Positions 53,916 to 64,000 of a DNA stretch of 64,000 bases are shown piece after piece. The notes beneath the pieces were generated by a model. That model made no database searches. It was given only the letters and a program-made list of their open reading frames with translations, and had not been told where the DNA came from. Positions within the stretch are counted from its first letter, which is position 1. Each line of letters begins with the position of its first letter. This DNA comes from Patescibacteria group bacterium (GTDB taxonomy: Bacteria > Patescibacteriota > Minisyncoccia > Phycocordibacterales > WO2-35-19), in the NCBI GenBank assembly GCA_038056395.1, contig JBBUFS010000004.1:884-64883 (forward strand), written 5' to 3'. The translations under genes and the position numbers were made by a program.

Positions 53916-55010
53916 TTAAATATTGAAAGATTTTCTATATAAATCCAAATTTTGCTCTTTGTCCGGCAAAGCTAAAACATTTTTTCTGGCCTCTTCGCCT
54001 ATTTTTATGCCAAAGTCCCTATTTTGAATCAGTTTTATCATTGCTGCCGCCAGTGCTTTTTCATCGTCAACTTTTATGATAATTCCGCTTTCTTTATTTT
54101 CAATTATCTCGCCGGCACATCCTACATCAGTCATAATTATGGGCAAACCAAAACTGGCCGCTTCAACAACCACCATTCCCCAACCTTCATAATTTGAAGT
54201 AAGCAGAAAAGCGTCGGCTTGTTTATAAAATTCTTCTAAATTATTTTGCCATCCCAAAAATTTTATTTTATTTTCTATTTTTAATTTTTTACTTAAATTT
54301 TCCAGTTTATTTCTTTCTGGTCCGTCACCCGCAATCAAAAGATTGATATTAGAATAGTTTTTTATAACTTCTTTCATCACCTGAATCTGCAGAGAAATAT
54401 TTTTTACATTTACCAATCTGCCGGCCGTTAAAAATATAAATTTATTATTTTCTTTTTTGTTTTTTTCGCTCAAATCTTTTTCACTGATTGGCGAGTAAAT
54501 CGGCACCACCATGATTTTTTCTGACATCAAACCAAGTTTAATTAAACTGTCTTTTGTTCTTTTGCTAACCACTCTGACCGAATCGGCTTTTTTAAGCAGA
54601 AATTTTCCCAAATAATATCTTAATCCGTTCAAAAAGCTTTCTTTCCGCCAGTATGGAGAACCGAAATAATCTCCGTGAATTTGAATTTGTAATTTTAATT
54701 TGTATTTTTTAGCCAACAGCCAAGCGACAAATCCCAACTCAAAAGGATCTTGGGCGCTAACAATATCGTGGATGTATTTATTGATCATTTTCTTGCCCAA
54801 AAAATAAGCGCTAAACAAATAATTCAATTTGCTGAATGAATTGGTCGGGGCGATAAGTATATTTTCAAATTCAAGACTTTTATAACCGCGCGGCGTTAAA
54901 ACAATAAGGTCAAACCTTTCAAATAAATTGGCATAGTCCAAAACTCTTTGCCGAGATTTTGATTCTTCTGAAAACAGTTTTTTTTCCAAACTGATGCTTA
55001 AAATTTTCAT
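53916..55010 (-). CDS. GT4 glycosyltransferase
   Basis: AGRL...KN, GDGP, EGWGMVVVEA. Confidence 0.9.
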   Translation of the reverse strand: MKILSISLEKKLFSEESKSRQRVLDYANLFERFDLIVLTPRGYKSLEFENILIAPTNSFSKLNYLFSAYFLGKKMINKYIHDIVSAQDPFELGFVAWLLAKKYKLKLQIQIHGDYFGSPYWRKESFLNGLRYYLGKFLLKKADSVRVVSKRTKDSLIKLGLMSEKIMVVPIYSPISEKDLSEKNKKENNKFIFLTAGRLVNVKNISLQIQVMKEVIKNYSNINLLIAGDGPERNKLENLSKKLKIENKIKFLGWQNNLEEFYKQADAFLLTSNYEGWGMVVVEAASFGLPIIMTDVGCAGEIIENKESGIIIKVDDEKALAAAMIKLIQNRDFGIKIGEEARKNVLALPDKEQNLDLYRKSFNI

Positions 55011-55019
55011 TTTTATATA

Positions 55020-55823
55020 TTATAATCTGCCGTTTAACTTATACCTTAAGCGAAAAATATCAACAAACATTCTTATTGAATCGCCAAAAAGCGACACTTT
55101 AGAATTTCTGTTGTCTCGCCAGATAATATCTATTGGTTGAATTTTAAGGCCATGAACTAAAGATACAATAATTAGTTCAGTATCAATAAAAAAACCGTTT
55201 TCACTTAAAAAAGGCATAATCAAATTAAATTTTTCTTTGCTAATAGCTTTAAAGCCGCATTGATGGTCAATAAAAGGCGATTTGAAAATAATTTGAACCA
55301 TAAAATTAAAAACTTTTGAAGCAAACCTCCTGGTTATTTTGTCCGAAAACACTTGCGATTTTTGCCCCCGCCTATTACCTATGGCCATATCGTTTTTGCC
55401 TATAGCTATGCTTTCTATGAGGGGCTTAAGAAAATTTAAATCAGACGCCAAATCTATATCCATAAAGGCGAGAATATCCACGTCGCTTTTTGACCAAGCT
55501 GTTCTTATAGCCAAACCTTTACCTTTCTGTCCAATTTTAAGGCAGCGAACTTGATTGTATCTGTGGGATAATTCCCTGCAGATATCCTGCGAATTATCAG
55601 TGCTGGCGTTGTCTGCTAAAGTGATTGAATAATCATATGGAAAATTTGATTGGCGTAAAAAATCCGCGAGTGTTTTTACGGATTTTTCCAAAATTTTCTC
55701 TTCATTATAAAGGGGAATAACAATATCAACCTTCATTTCTGCCATTATAACAGGCAAATTACAATCCCTCAATAGCTCTAATAATATCGCGGCCAAGTTT
55801 AATGGGAGATAATTTTTCTTCAT
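55020..55823 (-). CDS. GT2 (polyprenol-phosphate glycosyltransferase-like; likely start ~55745)
   Basis: IVIPLYNEE, DNASTD, GKG.A, FMDIDL, DHQCGFK, DTE. Confidence 0.88.
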   Translation of the reverse strand: MKKNYLPLNLAAILLELLRDCNLPVIMAEMKVDIVIPLYNEEKILEKSVKTLADFLRQSNFPYDYSITLADNASTDNSQDICRELSHRYNQVRCLKIGQKGKGLAIRTAWSKSDVDILAFMDIDLASDLNFLKPLIESIAIGKNDMAIGNRRGQKSQVFSDKITRRFASKVFNFMVQIIFKSPFIDHQCGFKAISKEKFNLIMPFLSENGFFIDTELIIVSLVHGLKIQPIDIIWRDNRNSKVSLFGDSIRMFVDIFRLRYKLNGRL

Positions 55824-56808
55824 ATAAATGGTACCCGTTATTTGCGATTTTTTGTATTAAATTCTCATCATTTTTCAATTCCAATATTTTCTTCGCCAAG
55901 TCCTTCGGGTCGGCATTGTTTGCCATCAAACAATTTTCCCTATCAGTTAATAATTCTGAAACCGCGGCATTTTGACCAGTAACATATGGCAAACCCATAG
56001 CTAACGATTCAAAGGCCTTATGCGGAATTGTCCTCTGCAAACGAACATGGTTTCCGAATTGACCCAAGGAAACATGGCATTCAAGCATTTTCTCCCGCAA
56101 TTCATTAATTGGTAAATATTGATTAACCCATTTAAGGTTGTTTGGCTTTAAGGACTTAATTAGCGATTCAATATTTTCCTCCACCACACCACTACCTATA
56201 ATAAGAAATTCTACGTTGTTGTCTTCTAAAAGTTTTGCCGCCTGAACAATATATTCAATCCCCGCTTCCGGCAAAAACATACCTCTGAATAAAACCTTGA
56301 ATTTCTCTCTTTTTTTAATATCTGAATCGAGATGAAATATTTCTTCATCTGTTCCCGTAAAAATTCTGACGACCTTTTCACCTGATAAATTAAATTTTTT
56401 TATAAAATAATTTTTTTGAGCTTCTGACTCAACCAAGATCAAATCGGCGCATTTTGCCGCCAACCAATCAATAAATAAAACCGACCATTTCATAAAAAAA
56501 TTATATTTATATAAATTTCTGGAGAGAATTTCGCCTTCATATAAAGTGCATAGGGCATCAAAAATTACGGGCTTTTTGGAAATAAGTTTGGCCAACCAAA
56601 CAACCACATGGCCGGGATAACCGACTATCAAATAATCGTAATCATTTCTGATTTTCCAGTGTTTAAAAAATAATCTGACAAATTTTATGAACCCGCGCGA
56701 AGCATCGCGGCATTCTATGATTTCAACGCCATTTTGCTTCAACCCGTCAATATAGGTCTTATTGCGGCCAAAATCAGGCCTATATATGCCAAAATAGCAG
56801 ATTTTCAT
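55759..56808 (-). CDS. GT4-like glycosyltransferase
   Basis: MKICYFG, G.F.PEAG, LGQFG, IPHKAFE; paralogue of 61346..62395. Confidence 0.85.
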   Translation of the reverse strand: MKICYFGIYRPDFGRNKTYIDGLKQNGVEIIECRDASRGFIKFVRLFFKHWKIRNDYDYLIVGYPGHVVVWLAKLISKKPVIFDALCTLYEGEILSRNLYKYNFFMKWSVLFIDWLAAKCADLILVESEAQKNYFIKKFNLSGEKVVRIFTGTDEEIFHLDSDIKKREKFKVLFRGMFLPEAGIEYIVQAAKLLEDNNVEFLIIGSGVVEENIESLIKSLKPNNLKWVNQYLPINELREKMLECHVSLGQFGNHVRLQRTIPHKAFESLAMGLPYVTGQNAAVSELLTDRENCLMANNADPKDLAKKILELKNDENLIQKIANNGYHLYEEKLSPIKLGRDIIRAIEGL

Positions 56809-56840
56809 AAAGCGTAATTATGTGATATATTAGCATAATT

Positions 56841-57899
56841 ATGGGGAAAATTCCTAATAAATTAGCTGGTACAATGCTGGTTTTTGGCGGTGCCGGATTC
56901 ATAGGATCAAATTTTATACGATATATTTTGGATAAAAACGGGGCAGTAAAGATCGTAAATATTGATCTGCTCACCTATTCGGGAGATCTTCAAAACCTCA
57001 AAGATGTTGAAAAAAATTCAAACTACACGTTTATTAAGGGTGATGTGGCAGATACCATTCTCGTTAATCGTTTAGCCAAAAAATACAAACCGGATTATAT
57101 AATAAATTTTGCAGCTGAAACTCATGTGGACAGAAGCATTCATGTTGGGGCTCGGGAATTTATAGAAACAAACATTGTCGGTGTTTTTAATATACTTGAA
57201 GCGATAAAAACATATAAAGTTAAAAAATATGTTCAGGTGAGTACCGACGAGGTTTACGGATCGCTTCCTTTGGATTCAAAAAATAAATTTGACGAATCAA
57301 GCCCCATTCTTCCAAACGCTCCTTACGCGGCCACAAAAGCGGGAGGAGATTTGTTATGTAATGCTTATTACTCTACCTGGAAATTACCGGTAGTGGTAAC
57401 CCACTGCTCAAACAATTACGGCCCTTACCAGTATCCGGAAAAGCTTATTCCTTTTTTTGTTTTAAGAATGATTGAAAATAAAAAGCTGCCGATGTACGGG
57501 GACGGTAAAAATGTCAGGGACTGGATTCATGTGGAGGATCACTGCCGAGCTCTTGAATTGTGTTTGTTAAACGGAGTACCTGGACAGGTATACAACATCG
57601 GAGCCGATAATGAAAAAAATAACTTGGAAATCGCAGGCCTTATCCTTTCTTTTTTTGGGCGGGACAAATCATGGCTTGAGTTTGTTTCCGACCGCCCGGG
57701 GCATGATCGCCGATATGCCATAAACAATTCAAAAATAAAAAGAGAACTTGGGTGGAAACCTTTGAAAGAATTCGATGAAGAATTTAAAAAAACCGTAAAC
57801 TGGTATATTGAAAATCCGAAATGGATCGATCATATTAGAAAAAAAACCAATGTCTTTAATCCCCATATTGATTTATGGAGAAAACATAAAATAAAATGA
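56841..57899 (+). CDS. rfbB: dTDP-glucose 4,6-dehydratase
   Basis: GGAGFIGSNF, AAETHVDRSI, STDEVYG, YPEKLIP, DRPGHDRRYA. Confidence 0.95.
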   Translation: MGKIPNKLAGTMLVFGGAGFIGSNFIRYILDKNGAVKIVNIDLLTYSGDLQNLKDVEKNSNYTFIKGDVADTILVNRLAKKYKPDYIINFAAETHVDRSIHVGAREFIETNIVGVFNILEAIKTYKVKKYVQVSTDEVYGSLPLDSKNKFDESSPILPNAPYAATKAGGDLLCNAYYSTWKLPVVVTHCSNNYGPYQYPEKLIPFFVLRMIENKKLPMYGDGKNVRDWIHVEDHCRALELCLLNGVPGQVYNIGADNEKNNLEIAGLILSFFGRDKSWLEFVSDRPGHDRRYAINNSKIKRELGWKPLKEFDEEFKKTVNWYIENPKWIDHIRKKTNVFNPHIDLWRKHKIK

Positions 57900-58621
57900 A
57901 GGGCATAATCTTAGCTGGAGGCAAAGGCACCCGCCTGCTACCTCTCACCAAAATCACCAATAAGCATCTACTACCCCTCTTTAACCGAGCGATGATAGAT
58001 TATCCTCTGCAGACTCTCCTTCGGGCCGGTATCAAAGATATTTTGGTTGTCTCAGGCAGAGAACATGCAGGAGATTTCATTGAATACCTCGGTTCAGGTA
58101 AGGATTTCGGCGCCAAACTAACTTATAAAGTCCAGGAAGATGCCGGAGGTATCGCTCAAGCACTTTTGCTTGCCGAAGATTTCAGTTGTGGTGATTTCGT
58201 TACTGTTATATTGGGCGATAATGTATTTGGAAACAGCTTCTCGAACAAGCTTAAAAATTTTACAGGAGGAGCGAAAGTTTTCTTGAAAAAAGTTTTCGAC
58301 CCGGAACGTTTTGGTGTAGCAGTTTTGAGTGGCAAAAAAGTAACCGAAATAATAGAAAAACCGAAAAAAGCTCCGTCAAATTTTGCTGTCACCGGCGTTT
58401 ATCAGTACGATAACAAAGTGTTTAATATCATAAAAACACTCAAACCTTCCGCTCGGGGCGAATTTGAACAAACAGATGTAAATAATGTTTATATAAATAA
58501 GGGTGAGATGAAAGCCGAATTTATTTCTGGTTTTTGGTCCGATGCGGGGACTTTTGATTCAATGTTTAAAACAATTAACTGGGCAGTTAAAAAAAACGAT
58601 CATGAAAATAAAACTAAATAA
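57896..58621 (+). CDS. rfbA: Glucose-1-phosphate thymidylyltransferase (short form)
   Basis: GIILAGGKGTRL.PLT, LGDN, EKP, SARGE, WSDAGT. Confidence 0.92.
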   Translation: MKGIILAGGKGTRLLPLTKITNKHLLPLFNRAMIDYPLQTLLRAGIKDILVVSGREHAGDFIEYLGSGKDFGAKLTYKVQEDAGGIAQALLLAEDFSCGDFVTVILGDNVFGNSFSNKLKNFTGGAKVFLKKVFDPERFGVAVLSGKKVTEIIEKPKKAPSNFAVTGVYQYDNKVFNIIKTLKPSARGEFEQTDVNNVYINKGEMKAEFISGFWSDAGTFDSMFKTINWAVKKNDHENKTK

Positions 58622-59441
58622 AGTACTCATAACGGGAGCGGACGGAATGGTGGGGAGTTATGCCGATTTTGGAATTAAAACAAACAGAAGGTCTCTGGAT
58701 GTAATCGACCTCAAGGAGGTTTTAGCTGTATGCAAAAAATATAAGCCCGAAGCCATTATTCATCTAGCGGCCGAAACCGATGTCGATAGGTGCGAACGAG
58801 ATCCGGAGTATGCTTACACGGTAAATTCTATTGGCACCTATAATATGGCAGTGGCCGCTAAAGAATTAGGTATTAAATTAGTCTATGTTTCCACTGCTGG
58901 AGTATTCGATGGTCAGAAAAAGACTCCTTATAACGAAAAAGATGAACCTAACCCCCAAAATTATTATGGCCGGTCGAAATTTTTAGGAGAGCTGATAATC
59001 AAAGGAATGTTGAAAGACTATATTATTGCACGAGTGTGTTGGATGTTTGGAGGCGGGCCGGAAAAAGACCAGAAATTTGTAGCAAAAATAATCAGGCAGT
59101 TAGATAAAAAAGAAATTAAAGTTGTTACTGATCAAATTGGTTCGCCTACTTTTGGTAAAGATCTCATTACTAGCATAAAAAAACTTATCAAAAAAGATGC
59201 AAAAGGAATATATAATCTTGCTAATCGAGATATTTGTTCGAGATATGAGTTTGCAGAGGCTATTGTAAAAATTTTAAAAAAGAATACAAAAATATTACCA
59301 GTTAAAATGAATGATTTTAAAATGGACGCTTTCCGAACATATAATGAGAGTATGGTTTCAAAAATTAAAACCCAAAGAAATTGGCAGGGTGCCTTAAAAG
59401 AATACTTGGAAACGGAGTGGAAAAGTTATGAAAAAATTTAA
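58542..59441 (+). CDS. rfbD: dTDP-4-dehydrorhamnose reductase (likely start 58602)
   Basis: TGADGMVG, AAETDVDRCE, VST..VFDG, YGRSK, DQIGSPT. Confidence 0.88.
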   Translation: MRGLLIQCLKQLTGQLKKTIMKIKLNKVLITGADGMVGSYADFGIKTNRRSLDVIDLKEVLAVCKKYKPEAIIHLAAETDVDRCERDPEYAYTVNSIGTYNMAVAAKELGIKLVYVSTAGVFDGQKKTPYNEKDEPNPQNYYGRSKFLGELIIKGMLKDYIIARVCWMFGGGPEKDQKFVAKIIRQLDKKEIKVVTDQIGSPTFGKDLITSIKKLIKKDAKGIYNLANRDICSRYEFAEAIVKILKKNTKILPVKMNDFKMDAFRTYNESMVSKIKTQRNWQGALKEYLETEWKSYEKI

Positions 59442-60729
59442 ACTCAAAAAAAGATGCGGGATGTGCAGTGGTAAAGATTTTTTTGAAATTCTTAACATCG
59501 GGGAAATGCCTCCGGCTAACGCTTTTTTAGAGAAAAAGGATTTTGATAAGGAAGAGAGTTTCCCTTTGGGTGTGCAGCTATGTAAAAATTGCAAATCTTT
59601 ACAGCTCCGCCAGGTAATTTCTCCCAAGCTTATTTTTCAGGATTATTGTTATGCAACAAGAGCAAGCAAACCGCTGGTGGAACATTTTCATCGGCTAGCA
59701 GAAGAGATTGCAAATAATTATGTCCAATCTTCAAATGATCTTGTAATAGAGATCGGCAGTAATGATGGTGCCTTATTATCAAAAATTAAAGATCGATGTC
59801 GAGTATTGGGAATTGATCCAGCGAGCAATATGGCAAAGACCGCTATCCAAGAAGGGGTACCAACTCTTGTTGAATTTTTTGACACCAAACTTTCAGAAAA
59901 AATCAAATCTGAAATGAAAGAAGCAAGGGTAATAGTGGCAAATAATGTAATGGCTCATATAGAAGACCTTAGAGATGTCTTTTCCGGCGTAAAAAAACTG
60001 CTCTCGCCGGAAGGAAAATTTATTTTTGAAGTCCATTGGGTCGGCAATCTCTTAAATGAAGGAGGATTTGATCAGATATACCATGAACATCTTTACTACC
60101 ATTCATTGCATAGTTTGCAGGTATTATTAAATTCTTTGGGTATGACAGTAAACGATGTAAAATTAGTGCCCATTCATGGAGAATCTATAAGAGTTTATGC
60201 GGGAAATTCAGGAACATCTTCTGAAGCGGTACGCAAACTTTTGGATTGTGAAATTGAAATGGGACTTTTAGATACAAAAACTTATCAAAATTTTTCCAAA
60301 AAGGTTGAATCAAACAAAGGAAAACTTAATAAACTTCTAGCAAAGCTGAAAAAAGACGGCAAAAAAATAGTGGGTTATGGGGCGCCAGCCAAAGGTAATA
60401 CATTGTTAAATTATTTTAAGATAGGACCGGAGATACTAGATTACATAACCGACACTACTCCTTCTAAGCAAGGCAAATATACTCCTGGGACTCATATTTT
60501 AGTTGTCTCTCCGGAAATATTATTGAAAGATCTCCCTGATTACGCACTTCTGCTTTCTTGGAATTATGCTGATGCAATACTAGAGAAAGAAAAGGAACTA
60601 AGAAAAAAAGGTTTAAAATTCATTATTCCTGTTCCAGAAGTTAGGATTGTAGAACTTTGCAATGATAAACCATTCGAAAACCTAGCAAATTTTTCCATAA
60701 ATTCGGTAGCCAAGGCAATAATCCCCTAA
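59428..60729 (+). CDS. NDP-sugar C-methyltransferase-like protein
   Basis: CGMC and CKNC zinc motifs, EIGSNDG, IYHEH, HGESIR, GYGAPAKGNT, WNYA, FIIPVP. Confidence 0.88.
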   Translation: MKKFKLKKRCGMCSGKDFFEILNIGEMPPANAFLEKKDFDKEESFPLGVQLCKNCKSLQLRQVISPKLIFQDYCYATRASKPLVEHFHRLAEEIANNYVQSSNDLVIEIGSNDGALLSKIKDRCRVLGIDPASNMAKTAIQEGVPTLVEFFDTKLSEKIKSEMKEARVIVANNVMAHIEDLRDVFSGVKKLLSPEGKFIFEVHWVGNLLNEGGFDQIYHEHLYYHSLHSLQVLLNSLGMTVNDVKLVPIHGESIRVYAGNSGTSSEAVRKLLDCEIEMGLLDTKTYQNFSKKVESNKGKLNKLLAKLKKDGKKIVGYGAPAKGNTLLNYFKIGPEILDYITDTTPSKQGKYTPGTHILVVSPEILLKDLPDYALLLSWNYADAILEKEKELRKKGLKFIIPVPEVRIVELCNDKPFENLANFSINSVAKAIIP

Positions 60730-61336
60730 ATGTGAAGCCGTCGGATACGGGAGCAAAGACAACTTCAAGCCCCAAAGCCGAAAGCCAATCCAAAAAATCA
60801 ATATGGGACCAGTAACGCAGATGCTCTGACGGGTGATAAATCCACTGAGTAAAAAATCTGCCCCCAAACATCAGTCCGTAACGAAATTGATAAGAGGCGC
60901 TGTTGGGAACAGTTATCAAAAAATATTTAGTACAGGGTTTTAAGGCTTTGATAATCTGTTCTGGATTGCGAGTGTGTTCTAGAACTTCGCTTAAAATTAA
61001 ATAATCAAATTGGTCTGGTAATTTTATACTGTCAATTTTTTCCAGATTAATTTCAAAACTGTTTATCCCCAATTCCCGATATTGATCAAGAACCGTTTTT
61101 GAGATATCAGCCACTGAAACCATACAATTTTTTTCTTTTAATTTGAGTGGCAGCAGCGAATTGCCACAACCAATATCGGCTATTTTGGATTTAGTTGGAA
61201 TAATATCAAGCATGATTTTCTCTCTGGGTTTCAATCCGGAATTAAGCTTCCAACCACGAAATTGCCAATAATCGTTATAATCGATTTCTTTTACATTTTG
61301 AAAATCCGGTTTTCTGATCCAAGGTGATGAAAACAT
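60641..61336 (-). CDS. Class I SAM methyltransferase (MetW-like)
   Basis: DIGCGN, SEVLEH, VPN. Confidence 0.82.
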   Translation of the reverse strand: MFSSPWIRKPDFQNVKEIDYNDYWQFRGWKLNSGLKPREKIMLDIIPTKSKIADIGCGNSLLPLKLKEKNCMVSVADISKTVLDQYRELGINSFEINLEKIDSIKLPDQFDYLILSEVLEHTRNPEQIIKALKPCTKYFLITVPNSASYQFRYGLMFGGRFFTQWIYHPSEHLRYWSHIDFLDWLSALGLEVVFAPVSDGFTFRGLLPWLPNLWKNLLGFRMVYHCKVLQS

Positions 61337-61345
61337 GGTACAAAT

Positions 61346-62395
61346 TTATTTATTGACATACTTACTTATTATACTTATCAAAGACTGGGCTGTGGGTGTC
61401 GGAAAATATCTTGATACCGCTTTATATCCCTTATCTGCAAGCATTTCCCTTTTTTTAGAATCATACGCCAACATTTTAATACCATTAGCTATTGATTGAG
61501 GATCGTTTTTAACAAATAATATTTCTTCATCAGAAAAAATCTCCCTCAAAGCCGGAGAATTCATATTTATAACCGCTTTTTTTGCCGCTAATCCTTCATA
61601 CACTTTATTAGGAATGGCTCGCATTGCCCGGTCAACATCCCCGAACAACCCCAAAACAACATCCGCTTCGGCCATATATTCATTGACGCGGGAAAGTGAA
61701 ACTCTACGGCCTACGATTTCAAGATTGGAAAGATTATAATTTTCAACCAATTTTTGAATTTTTTTAAAGCCGGCGCCATCCCCTATCATCCGAAAACGGA
61801 TTTTGGGATCGTCAACGCAAATTTTGGCCGCTTCAATAATTTTATCCACGCCCTGCGCGGGAATATAGGAGCCATGCCAATGAACCAAGAAGTAATCTTT
61901 TTTTGCCACATGCATGGGGTGAATTATTTTATCATTAACGCCGAGATAAACCGGGTGGATTTTCTTGCCGTTCAGCCCCCACCATGAAGCCCAGTATTGC
62001 CTGTGGGCATCCGTATCGGTGATAGCCGCGGTGGCAAATACCATACTGAGCCAATCGATCACAAGAAGTTTAACGGCTCGCGGATGCCACCAGGCCACTT
62101 CTTGACGATCATTAACAACGCAGTCAAACATGGAATAAAAAGCGTCGCAAATCACCGGTTTGGATGAGACCAATCTGGCCAGAATGGTCGCAACGGGCGA
62201 TGGGTAGGCGGCATACACGCAATCATATTCATTATGCAGGGCGCGAAGGACTTTCCATAATTTGAAATATCTTTGGGGGTCCTGCCAATCCGTTCGGCAC
62301 TGTATCACCTCTACACCAATCTGGCTCAGCCCCGACAACAGAATGTCGTTTCTGGAATAATTTGGGTTATATATGCCGAAATAGCAGATTTTCAT
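61346..62395 (-). CDS. GT4-like glycosyltransferase
   Basis: MKICYFG, HGSYIPAQG, LGLFG, IPNKVYE. Confidence 0.85.
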   Translation of the reverse strand: MKICYFGIYNPNYSRNDILLSGLSQIGVEVIQCRTDWQDPQRYFKLWKVLRALHNEYDCVYAAYPSPVATILARLVSSKPVICDAFYSMFDCVVNDRQEVAWWHPRAVKLLVIDWLSMVFATAAITDTDAHRQYWASWWGLNGKKIHPVYLGVNDKIIHPMHVAKKDYFLVHWHGSYIPAQGVDKIIEAAKICVDDPKIRFRMIGDGAGFKKIQKLVENYNLSNLEIVGRRVSLSRVNEYMAEADVVLGLFGDVDRAMRAIPNKVYEGLAAKKAVINMNSPALREIFSDEEILFVKNDPQSIANGIKMLAYDSKKREMLADKGYKAVSRYFPTPTAQSLISIISKYVNK

Positions 62396-63837
62396 TTTGC
62401 GGAAATATTTTTATTCAAAATCGAATACTTATAAAAATTTAATGACAAATGATATTTGACAAATAATGTCTTGTCAGAGCTATTGAATTTATTTGTGGCA
62501 ATAATAATCTCATCTGCCACACCCCGCCTTATCACCTCCAATTGCTTACTGCCTATAATTATTTCTGGGAGCGGTTCAAAATATTGATAATAATTATTGC
62601 CTTTCATAAAAATCACCACTTCCGGAGTATCATAAAAAAAGACTGATTTGGAAGATGGCAATTGCTCAAAATATTTTTGCCAATCGGCCGTTTTCTTTGA
62701 GGCATAAGCCGAGGCCACCCAAGAATCAAAGCAAATTTGATAAACGCCAAAAGCTATCAATAACGAAAAAAGAGTTGCGAGAGAGACAGAGATTAATTTT
62801 TTAGGCGGAGAGAAAAGCGATAAAAGAGCCGAAGGGAAAAATATGAGAGAAATTATTTGGGCGGGATAAAAATATCGAAACATGCCAGTGGTGCGCAAAT
62901 AAGCCAACATGCACAGCAAAGAAAATATGGCTGCGGTCGCCTCTTCGGGATAAATCGTTATTTTTCGTTTAATTCTTGTCCATAAAGAAATTAGCCAGAT
63001 TGTGATCACTATAAGAAGATATAGTGGGCCGATGCTGGTAAAGAAATTCTTGGCATTTTTGATTATTACGCCAAACATTTCTCCAAAAGTGTAATAATAT
63101 GGATTTGCGTAGAAAGAAAAAATTTCTGTAAACGAATCACCCGCCTGAAATTGGGTCGCAAACCATAAAATTATTGGTATTAAAATTGCAATAACGCCCA
63201 CAAACAAATCGGATACTTTAAGAGAAATTTGTTTTCTGCCTATAAACAAACCGCCGATAAGAGCCGGAATAAATATAAGAAAAAGCGGTTTTGTCGCTAT
63301 GGCCAAGCCGGCGCTTAATCCTGCCAGTATCACATATTTTCTTTTTGGTTCCGTGGTTGTTCTGACAAAATAAATAAATAATAAAGCCAGAAAAACAAAA
63401 AATAATCCCGGAGTTTCACCCAACACGCTCTTGCCATTGCCATATAGTGGTGGAAAGGCGACTAATAAAGCCAGAGAGAGCAGGGCCAAATTGGGCCCAA
63501 ATAATTTTTTAATAAGAAAATATCCCGTCGCGGCAAGACCTAAAATAAATAAAACCATCAACAGACGCGCCTGCAAAATTCCAAATCCAAAAACCTTAAA
63601 GACGCCGGCCAAAGGATAAATAACCGGATATTCAACGGTAAATTTTGATATATGTAAAATCTCGCTGGGAGAAAAACGCATGGCAACCAAGCCGTTATCG
63701 GCAAGATTTTTTGCAATTTGCATGTATATTCCCTCGTCATACCAAACCGAAGGACTTTCAGTAAGTTTATATGTTGAAGCAAACAAAATACCAAGAAACA
63801 TAATCGCGATTATGATAACATCTCTATGAGCTTTCAT
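62392..63837 (-). CDS. GT-C (ArnT/PMT-like) membrane glycosyltransferase
   Basis: WYDEG.Y after the first TM, QARL, E..G, ATKP, RYF; multi-TM. Confidence 0.82.
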   Translation of the reverse strand: MKAHRDVIIIAIMFLGILFASTYKLTESPSVWYDEGIYMQIAKNLADNGLVAMRFSPSEILHISKFTVEYPVIYPLAGVFKVFGFGILQARLLMVLFILGLAATGYFLIKKLFGPNLALLSLALLVAFPPLYGNGKSVLGETPGLFFVFLALLFIYFVRTTTEPKRKYVILAGLSAGLAIATKPLFLIFIPALIGGLFIGRKQISLKVSDLFVGVIAILIPIILWFATQFQAGDSFTEIFSFYANPYYYTFGEMFGVIIKNAKNFFTSIGPLYLLIVITIWLISLWTRIKRKITIYPEEATAAIFSLLCMLAYLRTTGMFRYFYPAQIISLIFFPSALLSLFSPPKKLISVSLATLFSLLIAFGVYQICFDSWVASAYASKKTADWQKYFEQLPSSKSVFFYDTPEVVIFMKGNNYYQYFEPLPEIIIGSKQLEVIRRGVADEIIIATNKFNSSDKTLFVKYHLSLNFYKYSILNKNISAK

Positions 63838-63868
63838 ATAAAGTTTAAGCCCATGATTATAACAAATT

Positions 63869-64000
63869 ATGCCTAATGTTTCAATTATAAGAAAAGTTCT
63901 AACTTTTTTACCGGCTTCTCTGCCGGCAAAAATATATCACGCGGCATCGCTAGTGCCGGCCTTCAAAACAATTTTGAATAAGATTATTTTATCCAGAATC
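63869..64000 (+). CDS. Partial CDS, function not determinable
   Basis: Open from ATG 63869 to the window end (MPNVSIIRKVLTFLPASL...); divergent from the previous gene. Confidence 0.5.
   Translation, partial: MPNVSIIRKVLTFLPASLPAKIYHAASLVPAFKTILNKIILSRI

Noticed and set aside
1-64000. CRISPR array, tRNA/rRNA genes, prophage, alternative genetic code
   Set aside because: No regularly spaced repeats, RNA gene signatures or phage structural cluster seen by eye; conserved genes are full length in the standard code.

Overview
Low-GC, gene-dense bacterial DNA in the standard genetic code. Gene content and organisation suggest a Patescibacteria/CPR (Parcubacteria-like) genome, which is an inference. 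The first 11.3 kb encode one 3675-aa membrane-anchored fibre/adhesin-like protein with an N-terminal HTH, one TM helix, GNVGIGTT-type repeats, a Peptidase_G2-like autocleavage domain and a Pro-rich tail. It is interrupted by three class-1 inteins (Cys...His-Asn/Thr). None carries a LAGLIDADG endonuclease. Two carry a NYN (PIN-fold) RNase domain and one carries an unknown, possibly RNase H-like domain. Directly behind each cargo, the antisense strand holds a near-consensus sigma70 promoter followed by a short structured RNA, which in two cases ends in an intrinsic terminator. This nuclease plus antisense sRNA cassette inside an intein occurs three times with unrelated sequences and is the headline candidate system. 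Next come a MerR-type HTH gene, a REP-associated tyrosine transposase with a perfect 44-bp palindrome, gatB, MYG1, an alpha-glucan cluster with a Phd/RelE pair, secA, a candidate 13-aa basic micropeptide and a candidate ~190-nt structured RNA. The last ~38 kb is a surface-glycan locus (O-antigen ligase, wzm/wzt, pseBCI with tailoring enzymes, radical SAMs, methyltransferases, GTs, rmlBAD). Several families of short palindromic elements sit in-frame inside proteins. All calls come from reading the sequence by eye; no searches or folding were run.
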